Positions 12,177 through 25,600 of a stretch of DNA of 60,000 bases are shown here, one piece after another (positions within the stretch are counted from its first letter, which is position 1; every line of letters starts with the position of its first letter). Position numbers and translations under genes: made by a program. The stretch comes from Amphiscolops sp. MND2022 (Eukaryota), in assembly GCA_964187785.1 (NCBI GenBank), contig OZ076409.1:80664001-80724000 (forward strand). The letters are read 5' to 3'. A model generated the notes under the pieces. The model was not told the origin of the DNA and made no database searches. It was given only the letters and a program-made list of their open reading frames with translations.

Positions 12177-12620
12177 ACGAAACTTGAGTTTCGATTGTGA
12201 CCTCGGGTTCAGTCCCAAGGGGCTGTGAGAGAGCTTGAGTTCCGTAATTCTCTAACAGCAGAGTTTTCCTAACATCGACTTTCATTCGTAAGTTTCGAAG
12301 AATAGTTTTTTCCTGTTTTTCTTCTTGAGCAGTGCGGTGTCCTCGGGTTAACTCCCAGGGGGTATAGGACTGCTCAATTGTTAAGTTCGCTTCTTTTGAG
12401 GAATACCCTTCTGCTTTCTCGGTGTCCTCGGGTTTATTCCCTGGGGGTAGAGAGGAATTGATCTTTCATCGTAAGTAGTACCGCTCACATTGAATGGTGT
12501 GAACTTTCTTTCGCTGGGTCTTTAAGAAGTCCTAACTGAAGTCCTCCCTGTTGAACATACACCATTAAGTAACTTGGTGTCCTCGGGTTATTTCCAGGGG
12601 GATATAGAGTTGCTTGAGGT
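12177..12620 (+). other. Array of four related long hairpins between the accessory ORF and gag
   Basis: Core CCTCGGG-loop-[CT]CC-x-GGGG at 12201, 12341, 12426 and 12581, each closed by a different self-complementary basal stem. Confidence 0.75.
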
Positions 12621-12709
12621 CCCCTGCCCCTTTTCCCTTCGATTTTCAGTGAAAAAAAACATCCTTTACACTTTATTTTTTTTGTATTTGTCCGCTATAA
12701 AGATCTTGG

Positions 12710-15700
12710 ATGGACAAGGCGAAAGAAAGTAAATTAACCAGATTATTAGCCAAGCGTGATGGGTTGAAAGTTGAGTTGCAGAAATATCAATCTGACGTCG
12801 AAGAAGCAGTCAATAAAAATGATAGGCGCGTGAAAGTCGAGAAGTTGATTGATTACTGTAAAGAGACAGTAGAAAAGGCATTGGCAAAAACGATGCGATC
12901 TTGTTCTTAGCCAATACAGGCATTTAAAGAACAGCTTGAAAAGTGGTTGCTTGATCTAACTGTGGATAATGACGCAATAGTAAGAAATGCCCGTGTTTAC
13001 ATTGAAACATTGGATGACGTTGAAGGTACTGAAGTTGTGTCTGTGGGAAAATTGTCTAGCCATATGTCGTCGAAGTGTCCCAGTCACTTGAGTAGGTCAT
13101 GTAAAACAAAGTCTTTGTCAGTTTTTTCAAGCTGTCGCAAAAAAACAACTTCTGGCAGCAAAGTTGAGGAGAGAAGAAATAGAGAAACAGAATACAGCAC
13201 TCCTGTTGTTGGCAGAGGAGAAACAACGCCTTGAGATGGAAGAATTGATTGAGAAAAATCGTCAGAAACTGGTTGAGGCCAAAATAAACGAAATGGAACT
13301 TGAAGACGAAGGGTCTGCTGCAGATACTGGAGGAAGTGATGTTGTGGAAGTACTAAGAACTAACAACGATAAGATGAAGAACGAGTTAGGAATTAGGTGA
13401 ACAATAGTTCAACCGAGAACCAAAAGCTGCCTTTTTCAGGTTATATCCCGTTACCGACCGAAGAACTAGCGACCTTAATTTCGAACACGACCCTCAGTGG
13501 TTTTCCGAATAGATCTTCAGCTGCTGTAGACGTTGAACACCCACCAGCTGGAAACTCTACCACCTTGTTTTCGCCGAACAACAACGCAAATGATAGCACC
13601 GATGTTCGGAGTTCATCGGAAATATTTGTAGTTGCCGATCATCATGTAACAGCGCTGAATGATAATGCGCCTCCTTCTGGGTTTTGCAATGCAGCCATCG
13701 TTTCTCTGAATTCTTCCGTACCGTCAACGCCAAATTTGAAGCCGCTTTCAGCCCGACCGATTATGACGTTCAGATATTCCCTTGAATCACAAGTATCTAA
13801 CAATGTTGTTTAAGCTGAAGTTCCGACACACTTAGTTGAGTCCTCGTCTTTAACAGCGCCTGTTGTAACAACTCCGGGTACAACAACAATAACTGTAACC
13901 ACGCCATCTGGAACGAATGCAACAAGTGTTCCTTCTATGTATTCTGGTGGTACTGTTTTTTACTACAATCCCGCATCCTTTCCAGCAGCATCACCTCCGA
14001 CTGCCCCGCAACAAATTATCACTGTTTCCAGCCATTCAACTACAGCTCCTGAAGCGACTGGCACACCATATCTCGGAACCCAACGAGTTTTTGTTCAAGA
14101 CTTAGCCGAAGCCTTGAAGTTTTCCCGGAAAGATCCATTACCCGAATGGAAACTTTCGCAATACTATGGTGATCCGTTGATGTGGCATGAGTGGTATGGT
14201 CAATTCAGAAGCGCTGTTGACAAGTCGCTGCTCAGTAATGATGTAAAATTGACTTATCTGAAAACGTTAGTAACAGGCAAGGCTAAGGCTGTCTTTGCTG
14301 ATGTGGTCTATTGTGGCGCTATGTAACGAGACGCACTGAGGTCTCTAGAGCGAAATTTTGGACAGCTTCAACCGGTTGTCACCGCACATCTGGATAAACT
14401 CAGCAATTTTCCACCATTGAAAATACACAACTCGGATAACATAATCAGCTATTCTCTGGCATTCTCGAGTTTAGTCGATGTATTCAAATCTTTGAACTAC
14501 GAAGCAGTTTTCAGAAGTGCATCGCTTCCGAACATGGCCGTCAGCAAACTACCTCCAAAAATGAAAGAGTCCTGGTCTCTTCACGCAGTTCGACAATTCT
14601 CTTCTCAGCCGACTCTTTTAAATTTCAATGAAAGGCTCAGCGTCAAAGCAGAGGCGCATGAACGGATGCAATCCACGTCAAAAGCAGATGAATCCAAAAC
14701 AAAAACGAGTCTTTGTTTCCACTGCGGAACCCAAAAAGGCATCGAGTCCTTGCCTAGTGTGCAAAGGCAACCATGCCAAATGGAATTGCGCAGTTTTCAA
14801 ACAGAAAACGCTTACTCAAAGGGCTCATGTAGCTGCGAGAAATCAACTTTGTTTTTCCTGTTTGAATGGGAATCACGATTTCTGAAAGTGTCCCAAGCCA
14901 CGCAAATGTGCTCACAAGGATTGTAACAGCAGTCATAACACTCTGCTCCATGGAGCGGAGCGGGTTTTTCCGCGCAAAACGTCAACAACTACCAGTTCAT
15001 CCAGGGATACGAAAGAGGCGAATCAAGATGGACAGACTTCTCCATCAACTTGCGCCGCATATATTGCAGATTTGAAGGGTCTTTTTGAAGGGTTCAATTG
15101 CACCAGTAGTAATCCAGGTTGGAGATAAAAGAAAAAGAGCGCTAGCGCTGTGTGATACAGCCTGTAGTCACTCGTGGGTCGACAAACAGTCTAGCCGAAA
15201 GTCTCTCTCTTAAAGGAGCGCCTGTCAAGATAATTCTTAACGGCATCAACTCCAGCGAGTTGTGTGCCGTTGACGCAAAACATCCTATCATTTTGGACGG
15301 CCGTCACCCTTTAGTGAAATTTTTTGTTCATCACCTGCACGCGCTCTATTGTCATCAAGGTTCCGACTATGTCAGAGCTCAGCTGCAGCAGCGCTGTTTC
15401 ATTTTGCGAATTCGTTCACTTTTACGACCTCTGAAGTCGGATTGTTTCGTATGCCGCAAACGTAAAGCGGAAACATTGGCTCCTATGATGGCGGGATTTG
15501 CCCATTGAACGTTTGGGTTACCGACTGCGACCAATTTCTAATTGCGGAGTGGACTATTTCGGCCCGTTGCACGTCGCAGTCCGCCGGTCAACAAAGAAGC
15601 GCTGGTGCTTCTTACTTACTTGTTTAACCACTCGGTCCATACACATAATCAGCTATTCTCTGGCGATCTCGAGTTTAGTCGATGTATTCAAATCTTTGAA

Positions 15701-18700
15701 CTACGAAGCAGATCTCAGAAGTGCATCGCTTCTGAACATGGCCGTCAGCAAGCTACCTCCGAATATGAAAGAGTCCTGGTCTCTTCACGCAGTTCGACAA
15801 TTCTCTTCTCAGCCGACTCTTTTGAATTTCAAAGAATGGCTCAGCGTCAAAGCAGAGGCGCATGAACGGATGCAATCCACCGCTCCAAAGCCAAAAGCAG
15901 ATGAATCCAAAACAAAAACGAGTCTTTGTATCCACTGCGGAACCGAAAAAGGCATCGAGTCCTTGCCTAGTGTGCAAAGGCAACCATGCCATATGGAATT
16001 GCGCAATTTTCAAACAGAAAACGCTTACTCAAAGGGCTCATGTAGCTGCGAGAAATCAACTTTGTTTTTCCTGTTTGAATGGGAATCACGATTTCCGAAA
16101 GTGTCCCAAGCCACGCAAATGTGCTCACAAGGATTGTAACAGCAGTCATAACACTCTGCTCCATGGAGCGGAGCGGGTTTTTCCGCGCAAAACGTCAACA
16201 ACTACCAGTTCATCCAGGAATACGAAAAAGGCGAATCAAGATGGACAGACTTCTCCATCAACTTGCGCCGCATCTGTTGCAGATTTGAAGGGTCCAATTG
16301 CACCAGTAGTAATCCAGGTTGGAGATAAAAGAAAAAGAGCGGTAGCGCTGTGTGATACAGCCTGTAGTCACTCGTGGGTCGACAAAGAGTCTAACCGAAG
16401 GTCTCTCTCTTAATGGAGCGCCTGTCAAGATAATTCTTAACGGCATCAACTCCAGCGAGACAGTTGACACAGAACAAGTTGCCGTTCAGATTACTTCTGA
16501 TAGTAACCCTGATTTCTCCATTGACATTTCACCTTATGTCAAGAACGACTTAAGTGTCGGTTCTAGTCGAATTGACACAGCGACTTTGAAGCGAAAGTTC
16601 CCTCAGTTGGAACCAATTAAACCTATGATCTACAGTACAGCTATTCTGACGTACATATCATCTCAGGGCAAGACGCTTTTCGAGCTACTCGACCAATTGA
16701 ATTCTTCGAAAGTGAAGTTAGCAATGCACCGGTCGCAGTTCGGCTCCCAATTGGATGGGTTCTCAGTGGACCAGTTTCATCCACATCAGCAATGGTGTCA
16801 ACGTGCTTCAGAGCGAACACAGAAGATTCTCTTCTGTCAGACCAAGTGCGATCATGGTACGAAACTGAATCCTTCGGAACCTACATTCAAGCCGACACGC
16901 GCTCGAAAGCGGATCAGCGAGCTGTTAGTCAACAACAAAGCACGATGGTACAAGTAACGTAGTCGGAATGTTCTGGAAGGATGACAGCGTTAAATTGGCT
17001 GACAATTATAACTCAAGTCTGATACCGTTCAAGTCGCTCGAACAGCGTCTCACGAAAAATTTGTCGCTCAAGGAACAATACTCGAAAACTGTAAGGGATG
17101 ATCTCGAGAAAGGGTACATCATTGAAGTAGAAAAACATGACCCAAACTGTCCAACACCAAGAGAGTGGTACTTACCGCATCATCCGGTGGTAAACCCTCA
17201 TAAACTGGGCAAAGTGCGTCGGGTTTTGAATGGAGCTTCCAAGTTCCACGGTCATTCATTAAACAATGCCTTGCTTATCGGAGCTGATTTTCTTCAAAAC
17301 ATACTGCACGTTTTGTTGCGCTTCAGTCAATACATTTTTGCCCTATCAGCAGACATAGAAGGAATGTTTCTTCAAGTTGGTGTGCCCGAGGAGGACCAAC
17401 GATCTCTGCGGTTTTTGTGGAGGGGGAACCCCATCGAACCGGTTTCTGTTTTTCAGTACACACGGCATGTTTTCGGAGCAAAAGATTCGCCGACATGTGC
17501 GAACTTCGCATTGTTGAAGACAGCGGTCGATAACGAAACTGAATATCCAGAGGCTGCCCTCGCTGTTCAGCAAAACTTTTATATGGACGACCTCCTAATT
17601 TCTGTACAATCGGAAATTCAAGCCTTAATTTGGGCAAGCAACTTGTTACCATGTTGAAGCTGGGTGGCTTCAATTTACCTTAATTTGTGAGTAGCATTCA
17701 CGAGTTTGCTAACGAATTGAACTCAACGAATTAAAATCTCGAACCAGTGAAAGACATTTCTAACGAGTCAAGCGACGCTTCCCACCCACGTTCTTGGGCT
17801 CAAGTGGGAAAACAAACATGATACACGGAAAGTTAGCCGCGGAATCAGTAGTCGAGATTGTACGAAACCAATCACTCAGCGCATTGTGTTGAGCGTAGTC
17901 TCAGCGGTTTTTGGCCCTATTGGCCTCATCATACCCTACACGATCGAAGCTCGTCTCTTGCTGAGAGAAATATGGAGGCTCAACGGTCAACGCTGTGATG
18001 ATCATCTGCCCGATATTAGTCACGGCTTTTTGGAGAGGTTTAGCGCATTGCCAAAGCTTGAGCAGTTTTCAATCCAGAGGTCGTTCTTCCCAGGCATACC
18101 AGAGGATATTGAAGTACATGTGTTTGGTGACAGCTCTGCAGAAGTTTTTTGCGCCGTTGCTTATCTTCGCGGTAAGATAGCAGGTGCAACACACACGAAT
18201 GTGAGTTTTGTCTTCGCTAAAGCTCGCGTGGCGCCAATGAAAACGCTTTCTGTGCCAAAACTTTAACTGCAGGCAGCGCTACTCGCTGCAAGTCTTAGTT
18301 ACCAAGTTAAGCAAGCGCTCACGCCTAATATCACTCGAACCTTTTTATGGACCGACAGTACCATCTTGGTCCAGTGGCTCAACTCTTCCAAGAAACACCC
18401 GACTTTCGTCGCAAATAGAGTTGCAGAGATTTTAGAGAACAGCACAGTTGAGCAATGGTTCCATGTAGACACTGATAAGAACCCAGCTGACGCGGGCACT
18501 CCAGGACTGACAATTGATGCACTGACGGGAAGCATTAGGCTACTGGGTTCCGAGTTCCTCAGAATTTTGGAATGGCCTTTCACCCCGAACATCGATATTC
18601 TCTTACAGATCAAGCAAAGCACTTATAAGACCAATGAACATCAGCTCCCGATCGTCGCGAACGTCTTCTCTGGAAACAAGGATTCGAATGTGATCTTTAA

Positions 18701-20191
18701 CTGGGAGAGGTACAGTTTTTTCTCGAAACTTGTTCGGATAACCTTGTAAATTCTGAGATTGCACGTCAATCGCAGGCACAACCGCACCGATGCAATTGAG
18801 GACCCATTTGAGTTAGAGGAAGCGGAACTGAAACTTTTCTTCGTTTCCCAGCGGGAAACTTTCTCAAAAGAGTTTGACGCGCTTCAGAAGCAGCATGAAA
18901 TCTCTAAGTCGAGCCGCATTGTTTCACTATCGCCATTCGTTGGTCCAAAGGGCTTGTTGCGCTGTACAGGACGTACGAGGCGTTTGCATGTGTCCGACAT
19001 TGACGCAAAACATCCTATCATTTTGGACGGGCGTCACCCCTCAGTGAAATTTTTTGTTCATCACTTGCACGTGCTCTATTGTCATCAAGGTTCCGACTAT
19101 GTCAGAGCTCAGCAGCAGCAGCGCTATTTCATTTTGCGAATTCGTTCACTTTTACGATCTCTGAAGTCGGATTGTTTCGTATGCCGCGAACGTAAAGCGG
19201 AAACATTGGCTCCTATGATGGCGGATTTGCCCATTGAACGTTTGGATTACCGACTGCGACCATTTTCTAATTGCGGAGTGGACTATTTCGGCCCGTTGCA
19301 CGTCGCAGTCCGCCGGTCAACAAAGAAGCGCTGGTGCTTCTTACTCACTTGTTTAACCACTCGGTCCATACACATTGAAGTAGTACCATCGTTAGACGCA
19401 AGCTCATGTGTCATGGGTATCGAGCGATTCATCTCCCGACGCGAACAACCGTCGGTTATCTGCTCCGACAACGACACTATTTTCGTAAGCACAGACAAAG
19501 AGTTTCTCCTTTGCGTCGAGAACTGGAATAAAAAATCACCCTCCTCACTTGCTCACAGGAAGAATAAATGGAAGTTTATTCCTGCTGGTGCTCCCCACCA
19601 CGAGGGATCATGTGAGCGAATGGTTCCTAGTTGCAAACAGGTTCTCTATGTAATACTCGGCAGTCGCAGGTTGACTGACGAAGTTCTCCAAACGTCCCTT
19701 TGCCTCACCGAACAATTCCTAAATGCGCGACCTTTAACATCCGTAAGCAACGACCCGACTGAAATTGAAGCCCGAATCACTGCTTGTTGGGTGGACCTTG
19801 TTCTTCTTTCCCATCTTTAGATTCGTGTGACATAAATCATCGCAAGCGGTACGCACGCGCACAAGCGTACGCTGATTCAATTTGGTCTCGTTGGCTCCGC
19901 GATTATACTCCGATCCTGAATAAGCGTTCGAAATGGTACTCGCCTTCCGATAGAGAATTGAAAGTAAACGATCTTGTATGGATTGTTGATGCGCAAAACC
20001 CTCGTGGCTACTATCTTCTTGGAAAGATCTTGTCTTTAAAATATAGCATCGACGGCATCGCTCGTTCAGCGGACGTCGGAACCAAAACGGGTACCTACAA
20101 TCGTGCTGTTGTTAAGCTAGTTCCAGTAATTGATCCAACACCTCTTCCGCGCCCGGAGGATGTTGCTGATGCAAAAGTCTCAACGACCTAA
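12710..20191 (+). pseudogene. BEL/Pao gag-pol, disrupted by stops, frameshifts and an internal duplication
   Basis: LPEWKLSQYYGDPLMW (Gag); CLVCKGNHAIWNC, CFSCLNGNHDFRKC, CAHKDCNSSHNTLLH (zinc knuckles); ALCDTACS (protease); YLPHHPV, SADIEGMF, YMDD (RT); HVFGDSS, AKARVAP (RNase H); CGVDYFGP, SDN (integrase). Confidence 0.95.
14439..16459 (+). repeat. Internal rearrangement: 14439-15259 matches 15643-16459, and 15270-15646 matches 19000-19375
   Basis: Near-identical direct repeats visible in DNA and in duplicated ORF translations; ACAT microhomology at the 15643-15646 junction. Confidence 0.92.
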
Positions 20192-20392
20192 AAGACAATT
20201 AATCAGTTTTGACCTTGACCGAAAATGTAGTATGCCGTTTCACGTGACTTCGGTTACGTAATTTGTACCACGCAGTACTCCCGATTCTAGTACGTTTGAC
20301 CTTTAGTACTCCGTAAACCAGCTTTTGTTTACCACTCATAAAAAGTAAAAGTGTTTTGCCGTCATACTCATTTTGTCACAGGACCTCCATTG
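20161..20392 (+). repeat. BEL/Pao 3' LTR, left part (interrupted)
   Basis: Matches the 5' LTR up to CCATTG; preceded by purine-rich GGAGGA. Confidence 0.95.
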
Positions 20393-20669
20393 TGTACTGC
20401 CCTACATTATTAACCAATAGTATTTAAATGTTTGTAGAATGTTCTAGAATGTACATTTAATTAATATTGAATGACTGTACAACTCTACTCATTCAGAGAG
20501 AGAAAACTAATAATCAGTATTTGGTTGACTTCCTTTTTGTTCTACTTCTACCATCTCATAGCTAGCTAGCCAGACCTCGAAGCAGCCTTTCTTAGTAAGC
20601 CTTTAAGTAGCCACCACCACCTTCAATAAAATAAAAGGCACACACCCAACAACTAGTTAAGGCAGCACA
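20393..20669 (+). repeat. Ty3/gypsy 5' LTR (277 bp)
   Basis: TGTACTG...GCAGCACA, contains AATAAA; direct repeat of 38661-38938. Confidence 0.95.
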
Positions 20670-20672
20670 AAT

Positions 20673-20684
20673 TGGTGCGACTTG
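20673..20684 (+). promoter_or_regulatory. Primer-binding site (cognate tRNA not assigned)
   Basis: TGGTGCGACTTG 3 nt after the 5' LTR. Confidence 0.7.
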
Positions 20685-20907
20685 TAAAAATTTTTTCTTT
20701 TCACAACTGATGCTTTCTCTTCTCTCAGCAATAATGCAACTACCACTCCTCACTTTTGAAATTCTCTGGGATTGCAGCGAAATTTTTCTGGATTTTCTTG
20801 AAGACTTGACCTGTGACTTTCTGACTTTCTTCAATAATTACAACATTGTTCGACAAACAATTTCTCCAATACAAACATCACTTAAAATATAACAAATTTC
20901 TTCACCG

Positions 20908-21235
20908 CCGGTTTATCACGTTCTCCAACACACACGTTGACACGGTTCTTCTTCTGCTTCTCTTGCCTTGCCGGTTTATCACGTTTTCTAACACGTTGAC
21001 ACGGTTCTTCTTCAGACTGATTTATCCGTAGTGACACAGTTCTGCTTCTCTCTTCAGACTGATTTATCCTCAGTGACACAGTTCTGCTCCCTGTACTGAT
21101 TTATCAAGCTATCCGGAAGCTCGTTGAAACAGTAATTCCTTTCTTCTTGTCTGGCTAATCAAGGTTTTCTAATACCTTTGACACAGCAATCTTTGTCTGG
21201 TTTATCAAGGTTTTCTAACACCTTTGACACAGCAA
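20908..21235 (+). other. Array of seven hairpins with a conserved internal loop in the gypsy 5' leader
   Basis: Units C[CT]G-RTTTA-TC(A)...TGA-CA-C[GA]G at 20908, 20971, 21016, 21058, 21094, 21151 and 21197, with co-varying stems. Confidence 0.7.
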
Positions 21236-22069
21236 TCTTCTTCAATCCTGCTATCTTGAACGTCATGTGGACTCCTGGTGTAATAGTTGACTGAGTGCAT
21301 GTCAGACTCCGCTCACCTATAGGCACATACGTTTCAAGATCAACTTCGTGTTTTTACGTTTTGGATCCATTTTCTACAAAAAATTTATATAACCTAGCTT
21401 TCAGAATTAGACTCTGAAATAAAAAAAAGAACCAAGAAACCCAATCAAATCAACCAAGTTTTATCCTACTTCATTTTCCATTATGTCGTCGACTACGATA
21501 CAAAAATTTTCCACCTAAAAATATAAACAACATATTTCCAACATACTCTATCGTTTTAAAAATTATCAACAACAAAATTTCAACTCTTTCCATAATTTCA
21601 ACTCATTAACAATTTACAAAACGTTTGTTTTAACAAAAACACACATATAATTTGAACGCACTTCTTTTGCCCTAAAATCTAAAATAAGGCATGCAAATAA
21701 AACACACACTGTAAAGGTAGTTTTCTACTTTCAGGCACCCTCAATTCTTATTCCCTCCTGTAAGACTTAGACAATGAGACAGCTTTAACAGCTATATCTG
21801 ATTCTAAGACTGACTAAAAACCTTAGTTAAGTTTAAACGTCAGTAAGGAGAACCTAGAGGACACCGAACTACGTTCGAATCTTCGAAGTTCTCAGGAAGT
21901 AAAAGTAAAAGTAAAAGGTACAAAGATCAAAACTTTGATCTTGATCAGTATTGATCAGACTTTGGATAGTGGACGTTGATTGTTCAGAGTTCCGCTCCCT
22001 TAGTCTTAAAACACACAAACTCCTTAAAATTAAAACACTTGTAGCCTTTCTGGATGTGTCAGTAACCTT

Positions 22070-22438
22070 ATGTTAGACATTTACAGTAATCCAGACTTAA
22101 AATCACAATTAGTTTCTGTTAGCAATCCTTTGAGGTTGAATACAGATTCTACTGCATCCGCTTTTTTTTCTCTATCCCAAAACATACAAATAATTCAAAC
22201 AACTTCAAATCCACTCTATGTTATACAATATATGAATTCAAACACACACCACCAAAGATCAGATAATACATTTTTTTATACTCCTATAACATCTGCTTTT
22301 CTATCCTCAATTATAAACCAAATTAACTCCCTTCAAAACCCCACCACTGAAGATTTTGAAGGAATAATCCAACAATTTCAACAATATTTTTTCCATTTTA
22401 TAGAACAACAAAGATTTTACCCAAGATCTTCAACTTAA
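22070..22438 (+). CDS. Small ORF upstream of gag (unknown, 122 aa)
   Basis: ATG-initiated open frame with the codon style of the element; no recognisable domain. Confidence 0.35.
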   Translation: MLDIYSNPDLKSQLVSVSNPLRLNTDSTASAFFSLSQNIQIIQTTSNPLYVIQYMNSNTHHQRSDNTFFYTPITSAFLSSIINQINSLQNPTTEDFEGIIQQFQQYFFHFIEQQRFYPRSST

Positions 22439-22605
22439 ATTTTTTTTCACATCAAACTTCACTTCCAACATTGAATTTTCACATCATAACATGTGGGAAA
22501 AGGTTACCACAGTAGTACTCATCACCACATACACATTTTGTGTTTTATTCATAGTTTGCATCTTATTGGAAAAGATACTTACCACAAAACGAGATACTAT
22601 CTAAA

Positions 22606-25600
22606 ATGAAAATCTCAACAGCTCCCCTTTCACCCTTCCAAAAATCTCACTTTAAAAATGCAAAAGTTAACAAACGTGAAATAACATCATTTTTACAAAA
22701 TATTATATACAATTACACACAACCACTCTCATTTGAAAATGGGCCTTTTACAATTGAAACAATTCCTCTTATTAGAGAACACTTAGATTCATATCTTTTC
22801 TATACTAGATATAGTAATACAACTATTACTACAGAATACCCAACTTTTCAAATTTCCTTTCCTCAACAAGGATCCTCTCTGCATCAAATATATAGAAGAA
22901 CAATAAACCCAATAAACCTTCTAACTCCTATAAAAGGAATTTTCCAAACCTTCCTAAATCGCGTAAAAGAAAACAATGTAGCAAATGAAAACCCAAAATA
23001 CAGTCCAAATGCACTTGAAGAAATTGATCAATATGTAGGTAACTTCAAAGTAGAAGTTATAGAAAGACTAGTTGATCCTCAAAACAATCCTCATCATTGG
23101 TTACAAGCCGATACCTTGAGAATACAAAGTTTCTTATATCATTATTTCAAAGACTTTACATTGAATAACCAAACAACACCTCAAATTCAAGTAATCTCTT
23201 TATTCCTTCGAAAATATTTCCGATTCAACTATCAACTATTATGGTCACTACAAGATCAACCTGCTTTTACAGCATTTCCAACTTATTTTACACCAGATGA
23301 ATGTTTACCATTCATCATAAATGAACAGAATGAACATCCTTACTTCTTTAGACCAGATTCAATTATACAACATAATAGCGACCGTATAAACTTTGATCCT
23401 CATTTGATAACTGACAAAAATTTACTTGATGATAATAGACCTTATCACTATCAACAAAATATTTCAGTTCAACAAGATTTACTTATCAACTTTGACAATA
23501 ATGATACAGATAATGAAACAAATAATGAAGACCTACCTCAACAACAAGAAGTTGATAACGAAAACATACCTCAACAACAACATAAAAATGAAATTTATAC
23601 CGAAGATAATCGAATAAATGAAAACAATACAAGTGAGTATAATACTCAAGCATCTACAACTTCCGCACAAAATGCATCACAAGCTGGAACATCGACAAAT
23701 GCTGGAACATCGACAAGTACCCAATCTTTCAGAATTCCAACTAGAAGTGTTAGTTCAAGACAAAATACACTTGATCCTCAATCTAATTTAGATATACTTC
23801 AAAACCGAAATATTACTTTTAACTTTACACCTCACCCAGATGAAACCACACAAAACGAAACTCAAAGTACAATACAAGAAGATACTCAACATATAAATTC
23901 TATCCGTAATACCTCGGTTAATGTTTCATCACCTACAAAAACTACTTTTAATAATCCAAGATACATGACTCGATCAAGACATGACCCTCCATCAATTCCT
24001 TCTGCTTTTCAATCAAACATATCAATTCAAATAAACGATAATCACAATGATAATTAACCTACTTCTAGTCGTTACTATGATCCACTTAACTATTCCTTTT
24101 TTCCATCGTCAGATACAAATACTAAAACAAATAATAATCCAAATTATTCTCAACCAAAGTTTAACTCAAGAACACAAAACCCACTTACAAATACACAACC
24201 AATAACTTTTTCAAGAAATGACTTTAATTCTCAAAGTCAAGCAACCTCTTATACAACTTCTTACTCACATACAACACAACTTTTTCAAAGGAGACATCAA
24301 CGTCCTCCACTCACACATATACATGCTGATCCTTTATATCAAATAAATCAAAATATAAATCATAACCCTCGTACAAATCAACTACCAATAAATACCATGC
24401 AACCTGTAACTCTTCCACACACACACACAATCTGTAACTACTCCACTCCAATATATACCAGTACAACATGATACATTTGTGAATATGTCTGCCTCAATAC
24501 CAGAACCTATGAAACGTTTTGACGGTTCAGATCATTCCTACCCCAGAAGAATACTTACAACAAGTTGAAACAAGATTAACCTTCGCCATAGGTGAAGAAC
24601 CTCTAAATAATCCTATCAAATATAGATCTTGGCATAATAGACGCATGGCATTAATACAATGTTCTTTAACTGGAACCGCCCTTGATTGGTATTCAAACCT
24701 CCATATATCATATAAATAACATTGGAATTCATTTGTACAACTATTCAAGAAACAATTTTCATCTCAAAAAACAGCTTACTACGCACAAGTAGAAGCTATG
24801 TCACTCATGAAAAGACAACGAAACAGTACGTCACTTTGCACTTAGAGTACAACAACTAGTTAAAAAAGGATTGTGCAATGAAAATCCAGCCACCATAAAC
24901 CTCAAAAGCAATGAAATTTTCACAAAAGGACTACCCAAAAAATTAAAAGACTTTGCTCACAAAAGACAAGTTAAACATGTATCAACGCTACTTGAACCAT
25001 CAATACCTTTTCATTCACTTGTTCGACATGTTGATTCCGAAGACATCGCTAATGAAAAAATACGAACAAATGATTTAGCTTTAGAAATAAACAAAGTATC
25101 ACTTGAAGATCAAACAAATACCAAAGTATTAAAACACGAAGAACATATAATGGTAACCCAATCGGGAGACCCAAATAACAAAAGCAAACCAGCTTATAAA
25201 AAATATTGTTCATACTGTCATAAAAACAATCATAGTATTTCAAATTGTTATCAAAAACAACGTGATGATGAATACCAAAGATCAAGAACTCCTCAACAAT
25301 CCTTTGTACAATACTTTCGTAGTAAACCCAATACTTCACAAGAAACTCGAAATGAAAACACAAATGCTTACTCTTCTAATGACAATGATCGTAGTAAACA
25401 TAACCAAAATTATTACAATGATAGATACAGAAGTAACGATAGATATCGCAGTAACAGTAGAGATTATTCCCAAAATAATTATAGATCTAACACTCGACAG
25501 AGATTTTACAATAGCTCTTGAAGTCCACATAGATCTCGATACGAAAATTATTACAAACGAAGAACTCCATCTCGATCTCCATATAGATCTCCATACAGAA

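Noticed and set aside
12177..12620. CRISPR-like repeat-spacer array
   Set aside because: The repeats are degenerate and irregularly spaced, the spacers pair with themselves as extended stems, no cas genes are present, and the context is a eukaryotic retrotransposon.
21016..21134. Clustered Pbx-Hox (TGATTTAT), GATA and TGACA sites as a DNA enhancer
   Set aside because: The words are present, but compensatory stem changes across the seven units favour an RNA-structure explanation; not fully excluded.
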